A stretch of DNA of 64,000 nt from Eledone cirrhosa (lineage: Eukaryota). The notes under the pieces were generated by a model, which saw nothing but the letters and a program-made list of their open reading frames with translations, did not search any database and was not told the origin of the DNA. Shown piece after piece: positions 15,001-27,000 of this stretch. Every line of letters begins with the position of its first letter. Positions within the stretch are counted from its first letter, which is position 1. The position numbers and the translations under genes are program-made. The stretch spans positions 15,686,001 to 15,750,000 of the forward strand of contig OZ024744.1 in assembly GCA_964016885.1 (NCBI GenBank), in the 5' to 3' direction.

Positions 15001-18000
15001 AGTGTGTATGTGAGTGTGTCAGTGTGTATGTGAGTGTGTCAGTGTGTATGTCTGTCTCAGTGTGTCAGTGTGTATGTCAGTGTGTCAGTGTGTCAGTGTG
15101 TGTGTGAGTGTGTCAGTGTGTATGTGCGTGTCAGTGTGTATGTGAGTGTGAGTGTGAGTGTGTCAGTGTGTGTGTAAGTGTGAGTGTGTCAGTGTGTATG
15201 TGAGTGTGTCAGTGTGTATGTGAGTGTGAGTATGTCAGTATGTATGTGAGTGTGAGTGTGTCAGTGTGTATGAGTGTGTCAGTGTGTAAGTGAGTGTGAG
15301 TTTGAGTGTGTCAGTGTGTATGTGAGAGTCAGTGTGTGAGTGTGTATGTGTGAGTGTGAGTGTGTAAGTGCGTATGTGAGTGTGTCAGTGTGTATGTGAG
15401 TGTGTCAGTGTGTATGTGAGTGTGAGTGTGTCAGTGTGTATGTTAGTGTGTCAGTGTGTATGTGAGCGTGAGTGTGAGTGTGTCATTGTGTATGTGAGTG
15501 TGTATATGAGTGTGAGTGTATCATGTCAGTGTGTGTGTGAGTGTGAGTGCGAGTGTGTCAGTGTGTATGTGAGTGTGAGTGCGAGTGTGTCAGTGTGTAT
15601 GTGAGTGCGAGTGTATCAGTTTGTATGTGAGTGTGTCAGTGTGTCAGTGTGTATGTGAGTGTGAGTGTGTCAGTGTGTATGTGTATGTGAGTGTGTCAGG
15701 GCGTATGTGAGTGTGTCAGTGTTTATGTGAGTGTGAGTGCAAGTGTGTCAGTGTGTATGTGAGTGTGAGTGTGTCAGTGTGTATGTGAGTGTGAGTGTGT
15801 CAGTGTGCATGTGAGTGTGTGTGTGATTGTGTCAATGTGTATGTGAGTGTGTCAGTGTGTATGTGAGTGTGATTGCTAGTGTGTCAGTGTGTATGTGAGT
15901 GTGTGTGTGTCAGTGTGTATGTGAGTGTGTCAGTGTGTAGCTGAGTGTGAGTGTGTTAGTGTGTATGTGAGAGTGAGTGTGTCAGTGTGTATGTGAGTGT
16001 GAGTGTGTCAGTGTGTATGTGAGTGTGAGTGTGTCAGTGTCTATGTGAGTGTGTCAGAGTGTATGTGAGTGTGAGTGTGAGTATGTCAGTGTGTATGTGA
16101 GTGTGAGTGTGCCAGTGTGTATGTGTGTGTTTCAATGTGTATGTGAGTGTGAGTGTGTCAGTTTGTATGTGAGTGTGAGTGTGTCAGTGTGTATGTGAGT
16201 GTGTTAGTGTGTATGTGAGTGTGAGTGTGTCAGTGTGTATGTGAGTGTGTCAGTGTGTATGTGAGTGTGAGTGCGAGAGTGTCAGTGTGTATGTGAGTGT
16301 GAGTGTGTCAGTGTGTATGTGAGTGTGTCAGTGTGTATGTGAGTGTGGCAGTGTGTATGTGAGTGTGAGTGCGAGAGTGTCAGTGTGTATGTGAGTGTGA
16401 GTGTGTCAGTGTGTATGTGAGTGTGTCAGTGTGTATGTGAGTGTGGCAGTGTGTATGTGAGTGTGAGTGCCAGTGTGTCAGTGTGTATGTGAGTGCGAAT
16501 GTGTCAGCGTGTATATGAGTGTGAGTGTGTCAGTGTGTATGTGAGTGTGAGTGTATCAGTCTGTATGTGAGTGTGAATGTGTCAGTGTGTATGTGAGTGT
16601 GTCAGTGTGTGTGTGAGTGTGAGTGTGAGTGTGTCAGTGTGTATGTGAGTGTGAGTGTGTCAGTGTGTATGTCTATGTGAGTGTGTCAGGGCGTATGTGA
16701 GTGTGTCAGTGTTTATGTGAGTGTGAGTGCAAGTGTGTCAGTGTGTATGTGAGTGTGAGTGTGTCAGTGTGTATGTGAGTGTGAGTGTGTCAGTGTGCAT
16801 CTAAGTGTGTGTGTGATTGTGTCAATGTGTATGTGAGTGTGTCAGTGTGTATGTGAGTGTGATTGCTAGTGTGTCAGTGTGTATGTGAGTGTGTGTGTGT
16901 CAGAGTGTATGTGAGTGTGTCAGTGTGTATGTGAGTGTGTGTGTGAGTGTGTCAGTGAGTATGTGAGTGTGTCAGTGTGTATGTGAATGTGAGTGTGAGT
17001 GTGTCAGTGTCTATGTTAGTGTGTCAGTGTGTATGTGAGTGTGAGTGTGTCACTGTGTATGTGAGTGTGTCAGTGTGTATGTGAGTGTGAGTGTGTCAGT
17101 GTGTATGTGAGTGTGAGTGCAAGTGTGTCAGTGTGTATGTGAGTGTGAGTGTGTCAGTGTGTATGTGAGTGTGAGTGTGTCAGTGTGCATCTAAGTGTGT
17201 GTGTGATTGTGTCAATGTGTATGTGAGTGTGTCAGTGTGTATGTGAGTGTGATTGCTAGTGTGTCAGTGTGTATGTGAGTGTGTGTGTGTCAGAGTGTGT
17301 GTGTGTCAGTGTGTCAGTCTGTATGTGAGTGTGAGTGTGAGTGATCCAGTGTGTATGTGAGTGTGAGTGTGTCAGTGTGTATGTGAGTGTGTCAGTGTGT
17401 ATGTGAGTAGTTGAGTGTAAGTGTGTCAGTGTGTATGTCAGTCTCAGTGTGTCAGTGTGTGAGTGTGAGTGTGAGCGTGTCAGTGTGTATGTGAGTGTGT
17501 CAATGTGTATGTGAGTGTCAGTGTGTCAGTGTGTATGTGAGTGTGTCAGTGTGTATGTGAGTGTGAGTGTGAGTGTGTCAGTGTGTATGAGTGTGTCAGT
17601 GTGTATGTGAGTGTGTGTGTGAGTGTGTCAGTGTGTATGTGAGAGTCAGTGTGTGAGTGTGTAAGTGTGACTGTGAGTTTGTATGTGAGTGTGAGTGTGT
17701 CAGTTTGTATGTGAGTGTGAGTGTGTCAGTGTGTATGTGAGTGTGTCAGTGTGTATGTGAGTGTGAGTGTGTCAGTGTGTATGTGAGTGTGTCAGTGTGT
17801 ATGTGAATGTGACTGCGAGAGTGTCAGTGTGTATGTGAGTGTGAGTGTGTGAGTGTGTGTGTGAGTGTGTCAGTGTGTATGTGAGTGTGGCAGTGTGTAT
17901 GTGAGTGTGAGTGCGAGAGTGTCAGTGTGTATGTGAGTGTGTGTGTGTCAGTGTGTATGTGAGTGTGTCAGTGTGTATGTGAGTGTGAGTGCGAGTGTGT

Positions 18001-21000
18001 CAGTGTGTATGTGAGTGCGAGTGTGTCAGCGTGAATATAAGTGTGAGTGTGTCAGTGTGTATGTGAGTGCGAGTGTGTCAGCGTGTATATGAGTGTGAGT
18101 GTGTCAGTGTGTATGTGAGTGCGAGTTTGTCTGTGTGTATGTGAGTGTGTCAGTGTGTATGTGAGTGTGAGTGTGAGCGTGTCAATGTGTATGTGAGTGT
18201 GAGTGTGTCAGTGTGTATGTGTATGTGAGTGTGTCAGGGTGTATGTGAGTGTGTCAGTGTTTATGTGAGTGTGAATGCGAGTGTGTCAGTGTGTATGTGA
18301 GTGTGAGTGTGTCAGTGTGTATGTGAGTGTGAGTGTGTCAGTCTGTATGTGAGTGGGAGTGTGTTAGTGTGTATGTGAGTTTGTCAGTGTGCATGTGAGT
18401 GTGTGTGTGATTGTGTCAATGTGTATGTGAGTGTATCAGTGTGTATGTGAGTGTGATTGCGAGTGTGTCAGTGTGTATGTGAGTGCGAGTGTGTCAATGT
18501 GTATGTGAGTGTGAGTGTGTCAGTGTGTATGTGAGTGTGAGTGTGTCAGTGTGTATGTGAGTGTGTGTGTGTCAGTGTGTATGTGAGTGTGTCAGTGTGT
18601 ATGTGAGTGTGTGTGTGAGTGTGTCAGTGTGTATGTGAGTGTGAGTGTGAGTGTGTCAGTGTGTATGTGAGTGTGAGTGTGCCAGTGTGTATGTGAGTGT
18701 GTCAGTGTGCATGTGAATGTGAGTGTGAGTGTGTCAATGTGTATGTGAGTGTGTCAGTGTGTATGTGTGTGTGAGTGCGCGTGTGTCAGTGTGTATGTGA
18801 GTGCGAGTGTGTCAGTGTGTATGTGAGTTTGAGTGTGTATGTGAGTGTGAGTGTGTATGTGAGTGCGAGTGTGAGTGTGTCAGTGTGTATGTGAGTGTGT
18901 GTGTGTCAGTGTGTATGTGAGTGTGTCAGTGTGTATGTGAGTGTGTCAGTGTGTATGTGAGTGTGTCAGTGTGTATATTAGTGTGAGTGTGTCAGTGTGT
19001 ATGTGAGTGTGGGTGTGAGTGTGTCAGTGTGTATGTGAGAGTCAGTGTGTGAGTGTGTAAGTGTGAGTGTGAGTGTGAAAGTGCGTATGTGAGTGTGTGA
19101 GTGTGTATGTGAGTGGGTCAGTGTGTATGTGAGTGTGAGTGTGTCAGTGTGAATGTGAATGTGAGTTTGTCAGTGTGTATGTGAGTGTGACTGTGTCAGT
19201 GTGTATGAAAGTGTGTCAGTGTGTATGTGAGTGTGAGTGTGAGTGTGAGTGTGTGAGTGTGTATGTCAGTGTGTCAGTGTGTATGTGTGTGTGAGTGTGA
19301 GTGTGTCAGTGTGTGTGTCAGTGTGTGAGTGTGTATGTGATTGTTTCAGTGTGTATGTGAGTGTGAGTGTGAGTGTGTCAGTGTGTATGTGAGTGTGTCA
19401 GTGTGTAAGAGAGTGTGAGTGTGTCAGTGTGTATGTGAGTGTGAGTGTGTCAGTGTGTATGTGAGTGTGAGTGTGTCAGTGTGTATGTGAGTGTGAGTGT
19501 GTCAGTGGGTGTGTCAGTGTGTATGTGAGTGATGTCAGTGTGTATGTGAGTGTGCGTGTGAGTGTGTCAGTATGTATGTGAGTGTGTCAGTGTGTATGTG
19601 AGTGTCAGTGTGAGTGTGTCAGTTTGTATGCGAGTGTGCGTCTGTCAGTGTGTATGAAAGTGTGTCAGTGTGTATGTGAGTGTGAGTGTGAGTGCGTCAG
19701 TGTGTATGTGAGTGTGACAGTGTGTATGTGAGTGTGAGTGTGAGTGTGTCAGTGTGTATGTGAGTGTGAGTGTGTCAGTGTGTATTGTGAGTGTGAGTGT
19801 GAGTTTGTCAGTGTGTATGTGAGTGTGTCAGTGTGTATGTGAGTGTGAGTGTGTCAGTGTGTATGTAAGTGTGTCAGTGTGTATGTGAGTGTGTCAGTGT
19901 GTATGTGAGTGTGAGTGTGTCAGTCTGTATGTGAGTGTGTTAGTGTGTATGTGAGTGTGAGTACGATTGTGTCAGTGTGTATGTGAGTGTGTCAGTGTGT
20001 ATGTGAGCGTGAGTGTGAATGTGTCAGTGTGTATGTGAATGTGAGTGTGTCAGTGTGTATGTGTGTGTGAGGGTGTCAGTGTGTATGGGAGTGTGAATGT
20101 GAGTGTGAGTGTGAGTGTGTCAGTGTGTATGTGAGTGTTTATGTGAGTGTGTCAGTGTGTATGTGAGTGTGTCAGTGTGTATGTGAGTGTGTATGTGAGT
20201 GTGTCAGTGTGTATGTGAGTGTCTCAGTGTGTATGTAAGTGTGTATGTGAGTGTGTTAGTGTGTATGTGAGTGTGTCAGTGTGTATGTGAATGTCAGTGT
20301 GTATGTGTGAGTGTGAGTGTGTCAGTGTGTATGTGAGTGTGCGTGTGAGTGTGTCAGTGTGTATGTGAGTGTGTCAGTGTGTATGTGAGTGTCAGTGTGA
20401 GTGTGTCAGTTTGTATGCGAGTGTGCGTCTGTCAGTGTGTATGAAAGTGTGTCAGTGTGTATGTGAGTGTGAGTGTGAGTGCGTCAGTGTGTATGTGAGT
20501 GTGACAGTGTGTATGTGAGTGTGAGTGTGAGTGTGTCAGTGTGTATGTGAGTGTGAGTGTGTCAGTGTGTATTGTGAGTGTGAGTGTGAGTTTGTCAGTG
20601 TGTATGTGAGTGTGTCAGTGTGTATGTGAGTGTGAGTGTGTCAGTGTGTATGTAAGTGTGTCAGTGTGTATGTGAGTGTGTCAGTGTGTATGTGAGTGTC
20701 AGTGTGTCAGTGTGTGTTTGAGTGTGTCAGTGTGTATTTGAGTGTGTCAGTGTGTATGTGAATGTGAGTGCGAGTGTGTCAGTGTGTATGTGAGTGTGTC
20801 AGTGTGTATATGAGTGTGAGTGTGTCAGTGTGTATGTGAGTGTGAGTGTGTCAGTGTGTATGTGAGTGTGTCAGTGTGTATGTTAGTGTGAGTGTGTCAG
20901 TGTGTATGTGAGTGTTAGTGTGTCAGTGTGTATGTGAGTCTCTCAGTGTGTATGTGAGTGTGAGTGTGCCAGTGTGTATGTGAGTGTGTCAGTGTATATA

Positions 21001-24000
21001 TGAGTGTGAGTTTGTCAGTGTGTATGTGAGTGTGATTGTGTCAGTGTGTATGTGAGTTTGTCAGTGTGTATGTGAGTGTGTCAGTGTGTATGTGAGTGTG
21101 TCAGTGTGTATGTCAGTGTGTCAGTGTGTATATGAGTGTGTCTGTGTGTATGTGAGTGTCAGTGTGTCAGTGTGTGTTTGAGTGTGTCAGTGTGTATGTG
21201 AGTGTGTCAGTGTGTATGTGAGTGTGTCAATGTGTATGTCAGTCTCAGTGTGCCAGTGTGTGAGTGTGAGTGTGAGCGTGTCATTGTGTATGTGAGTGTG
21301 TCAATGTGTATGTGAGTGTGAGTGTGAGTGTGTCAGTGTGTATGAGTGTGTCAGTGTGTAAATGAGTGTGAGTTTGAGTGTGTCAGTGTGTATGTGAGAG
21401 TCAGTGTGTGAGTGTGTAAGTGTGAGTGTTTGTGTGTAAGTCCGTATGTGAGTGTGTCAGTGTGTATGTGAATGTGAGTGTGTCAGTCTGTATGTGAGTG
21501 TGTTAGTGTGTATGTGAGTGTGAGTACGATTGTGTCAGTGTGTATGTGAGTGTGTCAGTGTGTATGTGAGCGTGAGTGTGAATGTGTCAGTGTGTATGTG
21601 AATGTGAGTGTGTCAGTGTGTATGTGTGTGTGAGGGTGTCAGTGTGTATGGGAGTGTGAATGTGAGTGTGAGTGTGAGTGTGTCAGTGTGTATGTGAGTG
21701 TTTATGTGAGTGTGTCAGTGTGTATGTGAGTGTGTCAGTGTGTATGTGAGTGTGTATGTGAGTGTGTCAGTGTGTATGTGAGTGTCTCAGTGTGTATGTA
21801 AGTGTGTATGTGAGTGTGTTAGTGTGTATGTGAGTGTGTCAGTGTGTATGTGAGTGTGCGTGTGAGTGTGTCAGTGTGTATGTGAGTGTGTCAGTGTGTA
21901 TGTGAGTGTCAGTGTGAGTGTGTCAGTTTGTATGCGAGTGTGCGTCTGTCAGTGTGTATGAAAGTGTGTCAGTGTGTATGTGAGTGTGAGTGTGAGTGCG
22001 TCAGTGTGTATGTGAGTGTGACAGTGTGTATGTGAGTGCGAGTGTGTCAGTGTGTATGTGAGTGTAAGTGTGTCAGTGTGTATGTGAGCATGTCAGTGTG
22101 TATGTGAGTGTGAGTGTGTCAGTGTGTATGTGAGTGTGTGTGTCAGTGTGTATGTGAGTGTGAGTGTGAGTGTGTCAGTGTGTATGTGAGTGTGTCAGTG
22201 TGTATGTGAGTGTGAGTGTGAGTGTGTTAGTGTGTATGTGAGTGTGAGTGTGTCAGTGTGTTTGTGAGTGTGTCAGTGTGTATGTGAGTGTGTATGTCAG
22301 TGTGTCAGTGTGTATGTGAGTGTGTCAATGTGTATGTTAGTGTGAGTGTGTATTTGAGTGTGAGTGTGAGTTTGTCACTGTGTATGTGAGTGTGTCAGTG
22401 TGTATGTGAGTGTGAGTGTGTCAGTGTGTATGTGAGTGTGTCAGTGTGTATGTTAGTGTGAGTGTGTCAGTGTGTATGTCAGTGTTAGTGTGTCAGTGTG
22501 TACGTGAGTGTGAGTGTGAGTGTGCCAGTGTGTATGTGAGTGTGAGTGTGTCAGTGTGCATGTGAGTGTGTCAGTGTGTATGTGAGTATGAGTGAGTCAG
22601 TTTGTATGTGAGTGTGATTGTGTCAGTGTGTATGTGAGTGAGTCAGAGTGTACGTGAGTGTGAGTGAGAATGTGTCAATGTGTATGTCAGTCTCAGTGTG
22701 TCAGTGTGTGAGTGCGTGTGTGAGCGTGTCAGTGTGTATGTGAGTTTGTCAATGTGTATGTGAGTGTGAGTGTGTCAGTTTGTATGTGAGTGTGTCAGTG
22801 TGTATGTGAGTGTGAGTTTGAGTGTGTCAGTGTGTATGTGAGAGTCAGTATGTGAGTGTGTAAGTGTGAGTGAGAGTGTGTATGTGCGTATGTGAGTGTG
22901 TCAGTGTGTATGTTAGTGTGTCAGTGTGTATGTGAGCGTGAGTGTGAGTGTGTCATTGTGTATGTGAGTGTGTCAGTGTGTATGTGAGTGTGAGTGTGTC
23001 ATGTCAGTGTGTGTGTGAGTGTGTCAGAGTGTATGTGACTGTGTCAGTGTGTATGTAAGTGTGAGTGTGAGTGTGTGTGTGTCATTGTGTATGTGAGTGT
23101 GTCAGTGTGTATGTGAGTGTGAGTGTCTCAGTGTGTATGTGAGTGTGAGTGTGTCAGTGTGTATGTGAGTGTGTCAGTGTGAGTGTGAGTGTGTCAGTGT
23201 GTGTGTGAGTGTGGGTGTGTCAGTGTGTATGTGACTGTGAGTGTGGCAGTGTGTATGTGAGTGTGAGTGTGAGTTTGTCAGTGTGTATGTGAGTGTGAGT
23301 GTGTCAGTGTGTATGAAAGTGTGTCAGTGTGTATGTGAGTGTGAGTGTGAGTGTGTGAGTGTGTATGTGAGTGTGTCAGTGTGTATGTGTGTGTGAGTGT
23401 AAGTGTGTGAGGGTGTGTGTGAGTGTGTCAGTGTGTATGTGAGTCTGTCAGTGTGTATGTGAGTGTGTCAGTGTGTATGAGAGTGTGAGTGTGTCAGTGT
23501 GTATGTGAGTGTGAGTGTGTCAGTGTGTATATGAGATTGTCAGTGTGTATGTGAGTGTGAGTGTGTCAGTAGGTGTGTCAGTGTGTATGTGAGTGTGTCA
23601 GTGTGTATGTGAGTGTGTCAGTGTGTATGTGATTGTGTCAGTGTGTATGTGAGTGTCAGTGTGAGTGTGTCAGTGTGTATGTGAGTGTGCGTGTGTCAGT
23701 GTGTGTGTGAGTGTGTCAGTGTGTATGTGAGTGTGTTAGTGTGTATGTGAGTGTGAGTGCGAGTGTGTCAGTGTGTATGTGAGTGCGAGTGTGTCAGTGT
23801 GTATGTGAGTGTGAGTGTGTCAGTGTGTATGTGAGTGTGTCAGTGTGTATGTGAATATGAGTGTGTGTGTCAGTGTGTATGTGAGTGTGTCAGTATGTAT
23901 GTGAGTGTGAGTGTGTCAGTGTGTATGTGAGTGTGTCAGTGTGTATGTGAATATGAGTATGCGTGTGTCAGTGTGTATGTGAGTGTGTCAGTGTGTATGT

Positions 24001-27000
24001 GAGTGTGAGTGTGAGTGTGTCAGTGTGTATGTGAGTGTGTCAGTGTGCATGTGAGTGTGAGTGTGAGTGTGTCAGTGTGTATGTGAGTATGTCAGTGTGT
24101 ATGTGAGTGTGATTGTGAGTGTGTCAGTGTGTATGTGAGTGTGAGTGTGTCAGTGTGTATGTCAGTGTGTCAGTGTCTATGTGAGTGTGTCAATGTGTAT
24201 GTGAGTGTGAGTGTGAGTTTGTCAGTGTGTATGTGAGTGTGTCAGTGTGTATGTGAGTGTGTCAGTGTGTATGTCTGTCTCAGTGTGTCAGTGTGTATGT
24301 CAGTGTGTCAGTGTGTCAGTGTGTGTGTGAGTGTGTCAGTGTGTATGTGCGTGTCAGTGTGTATGTGAGTGTGAGTGTGAGTGTGTCAGTGTGTGTGTAA
24401 GTGTGAGTGTGTCAGTGTGTATGTGAGTGTGTCAGTGTGTATGTGAGTGTGAGTATGTCAGTATGTATGTGAGTGTGAGTGTGTCAGTGTGTATGAGTGT
24501 GTCAGTGTGTAAGTGAGTGTGAGTTTGAGTGTGTCAGTGTGTATGTGAGAGTCAGTGTGTGAGTGTGTATGTGTGAGTGTGAGTGTGTAAGTGCGTATGT
24601 GAGTGTGTCAGTGTGTATGTGAGTGTGTCAGTGTGTATGTGAGTGTGAGTGTGTCAGTGTGTATGTTAGTGTGTCAGTGTGTATGTGAGCGTGAGTGTGA
24701 GTGTGTCATTGTGTATGTGAGTGTGTATATGAGTGTGAGTGTATCATGTCAGTGTGTGTGTGAGTGTGTCAGAGTGTATGTGACTGTGTCAGTGTGTATG
24801 TGAGTGTGAGTGCGAGTGTGTCAGTGTGTATGTGAGTGCGAGTGTGTCAGTTTGTATGTGAGTGTGTCAGTGTGTCAGTGTGTATGTGAGTGTGAGTGTG
24901 TCAGTGTGTATGTGTATGTGAGTGTGTCAGGGCGTATGTGAGTGTGTCAGTGTTTATGTGAGTGTGAGTGCAAGTGTGTCAGTGTGTATGTGAGTGTGAG
25001 TGTGTCAGTGTGTATGTGAGTGTGAGTGTGTCAGTGTGCATGTGAGTGTGTGTGTGATTGTGTCAATGTGTATGTGAGTGTGTCAGTGTGTATGTGAGTG
25101 TGATTGCTAGTGTGTCAGTGTGTATGTGAGTGTGTGTGTGTCAGTGTGTATGTGAGTGTGTGTGTGTCAGTGTGTATGTGAGTGTGTCAGTGTGTAGCTG
25201 AGTGTGAGTGTGTTAGTGTGTATGTGAGAGTGAGTGTGTCAGTGTGTATGTGAGTGTGAGTGTGTCAGTGTGTATGTGAGTGTGAGTGTGTCAGTGTCTA
25301 TGTGAGTGTGTCAGAGTGTATGTGAGTGTGAGTGTGAGTGTGTCAGTGTGTATGTGAGTGTGAGTGTGCCAGTGTGTATGTGTGTGTGTCAATGTGTATG
25401 TGAGTGTGAGTGTGTCAGTTTGTATGTGAGTGTGAGTGTGTCAGTGTGTATGTGAGTGTGTTAGTGTGTATGTGAGTGTGAGTGTGTCAGTGTGTATGTG
25501 AGTGTGTCAGTGTGTATGTGAGTGTGAGTGCGAGAGTGTCAGTGTGTATGTGAGTGTGAGTGTGTCAGTGTGTATGTGAGTGTGTCAGTGTGTATGTGAG
25601 TGTGGCAGTGTGTATGTGAGTGTGAGTGCGAGAGTGTCAGTGTGTATGTGAGTGTGAGTGTGTCAGTGTGTATGTGAGTGTGTCAGTGTGTATGTGAGTG
25701 TGGCAGTGTGTATGTGAGTGTGAGTGCCAGTGTGTCAGTGTGTATGTGAGTGCGAATGTGTCAGCGTGTATATGAGTGTGAGTGTGTCAGTGTGTATGTG
25801 AGTGTGAGTGTATCAGTCTGTATGTGAGTGTGAATGTGTCAGTGTGTATGTGAGTGTGTCAGTGTGTGTGTGAGTGTGAGTGTGAGTGTGTCAGTGTGTA
25901 TGTGAGTGTGAGTGTGTCAGTGTGTATGTCTATGTGAGTGTGTCAGGGCGTATGTGAGTGTGTCAGTGTTTATGTGAGTGTGAGTGCAAGTGTGTCAGTG
26001 TGTATGTGAGTGTGAGTGTGTCAGTGTGTATGTGAGTGTGAGTGTGTCAGTGTGCATCTAAGTGTGTGTGTGATTGTGTCAATGTGTATGTGAGTGTGTC
26101 AGTGTGTATGTGAGTGTGATTGCTAGTGTGTCAGTGTGTATGTGAGTGTGTGTGTGTCAGAGTGTATGTGAGTGTGTCAGTGTGTATGTGAGTGTGTGTG
26201 TGAGTGTGTCAGTGAGTATGTGAGTGTGTCAGTGTGTATGTGAATGTGAGTGTGAGTGTGTCAGTGTCTATGTGAGTGTGTCAGTGTGTATGTGAGTGTG
26301 AGTGTGTCACTGTGTATGTGAGTGTGTCAGTGTGTATGTGAGTGTGAGTGTGTCAGTGTGTATGTGAGTGTGAGTGCAAGTGTGTCAGTGTGTATGTGAG
26401 TGTGAGTGTGTCAGTGTGTATGTGAGTGTGAGTGTGTCAGTGTGCATCTAAGTGTGTGTGTGATTGTGTCAATGTGTATGTGAGTGTGTCAGTGTGTATG
26501 TGAGTGTGATTGCTAGTGTGTCAGTGTGTATGTGAGTGTGTGTGTGTCAGAGTGTGTGTGTGTCAGTGTGTCAGTCTGTATGTGAGTGTGAGTGTGAGTG
26601 ATCCAGTGTGTATGTGAGTGTGAGTGTGTCAGTGTGTATGTGAGTGTGTCAGTGTGTATGTGAGTAGTTGAGTGTAAGTGTGTCAGTGTGTATGTCAGTC
26701 TCAGTGTGTCAGTGTGTGAGTGTGAGTGTGAGCGTGTCAGTGTGTATGTGAGTGTGTCAATGTGTATGTGAGTGTCAGTGTGTCAGTGTGTATGTGAGTG
26801 TGTCAGTGTGTATGTGAGTGTGAGTGTGAGTGTGTCAGTGTGTATGAGTGTGTCAGTGTGTATGTGAGTGTGTGTGTGAGTGTGTCAGTGTGTATGTGAG
26901 AGTCAGTGTGTGAGTGTGTAAGTGTGACTGTGAGTTTGTATGTGAGTGTGAGTGTGTCAGTGTGTATGTTAGTGTGAGTGTGTCAGTGTGTATGTCAGTG

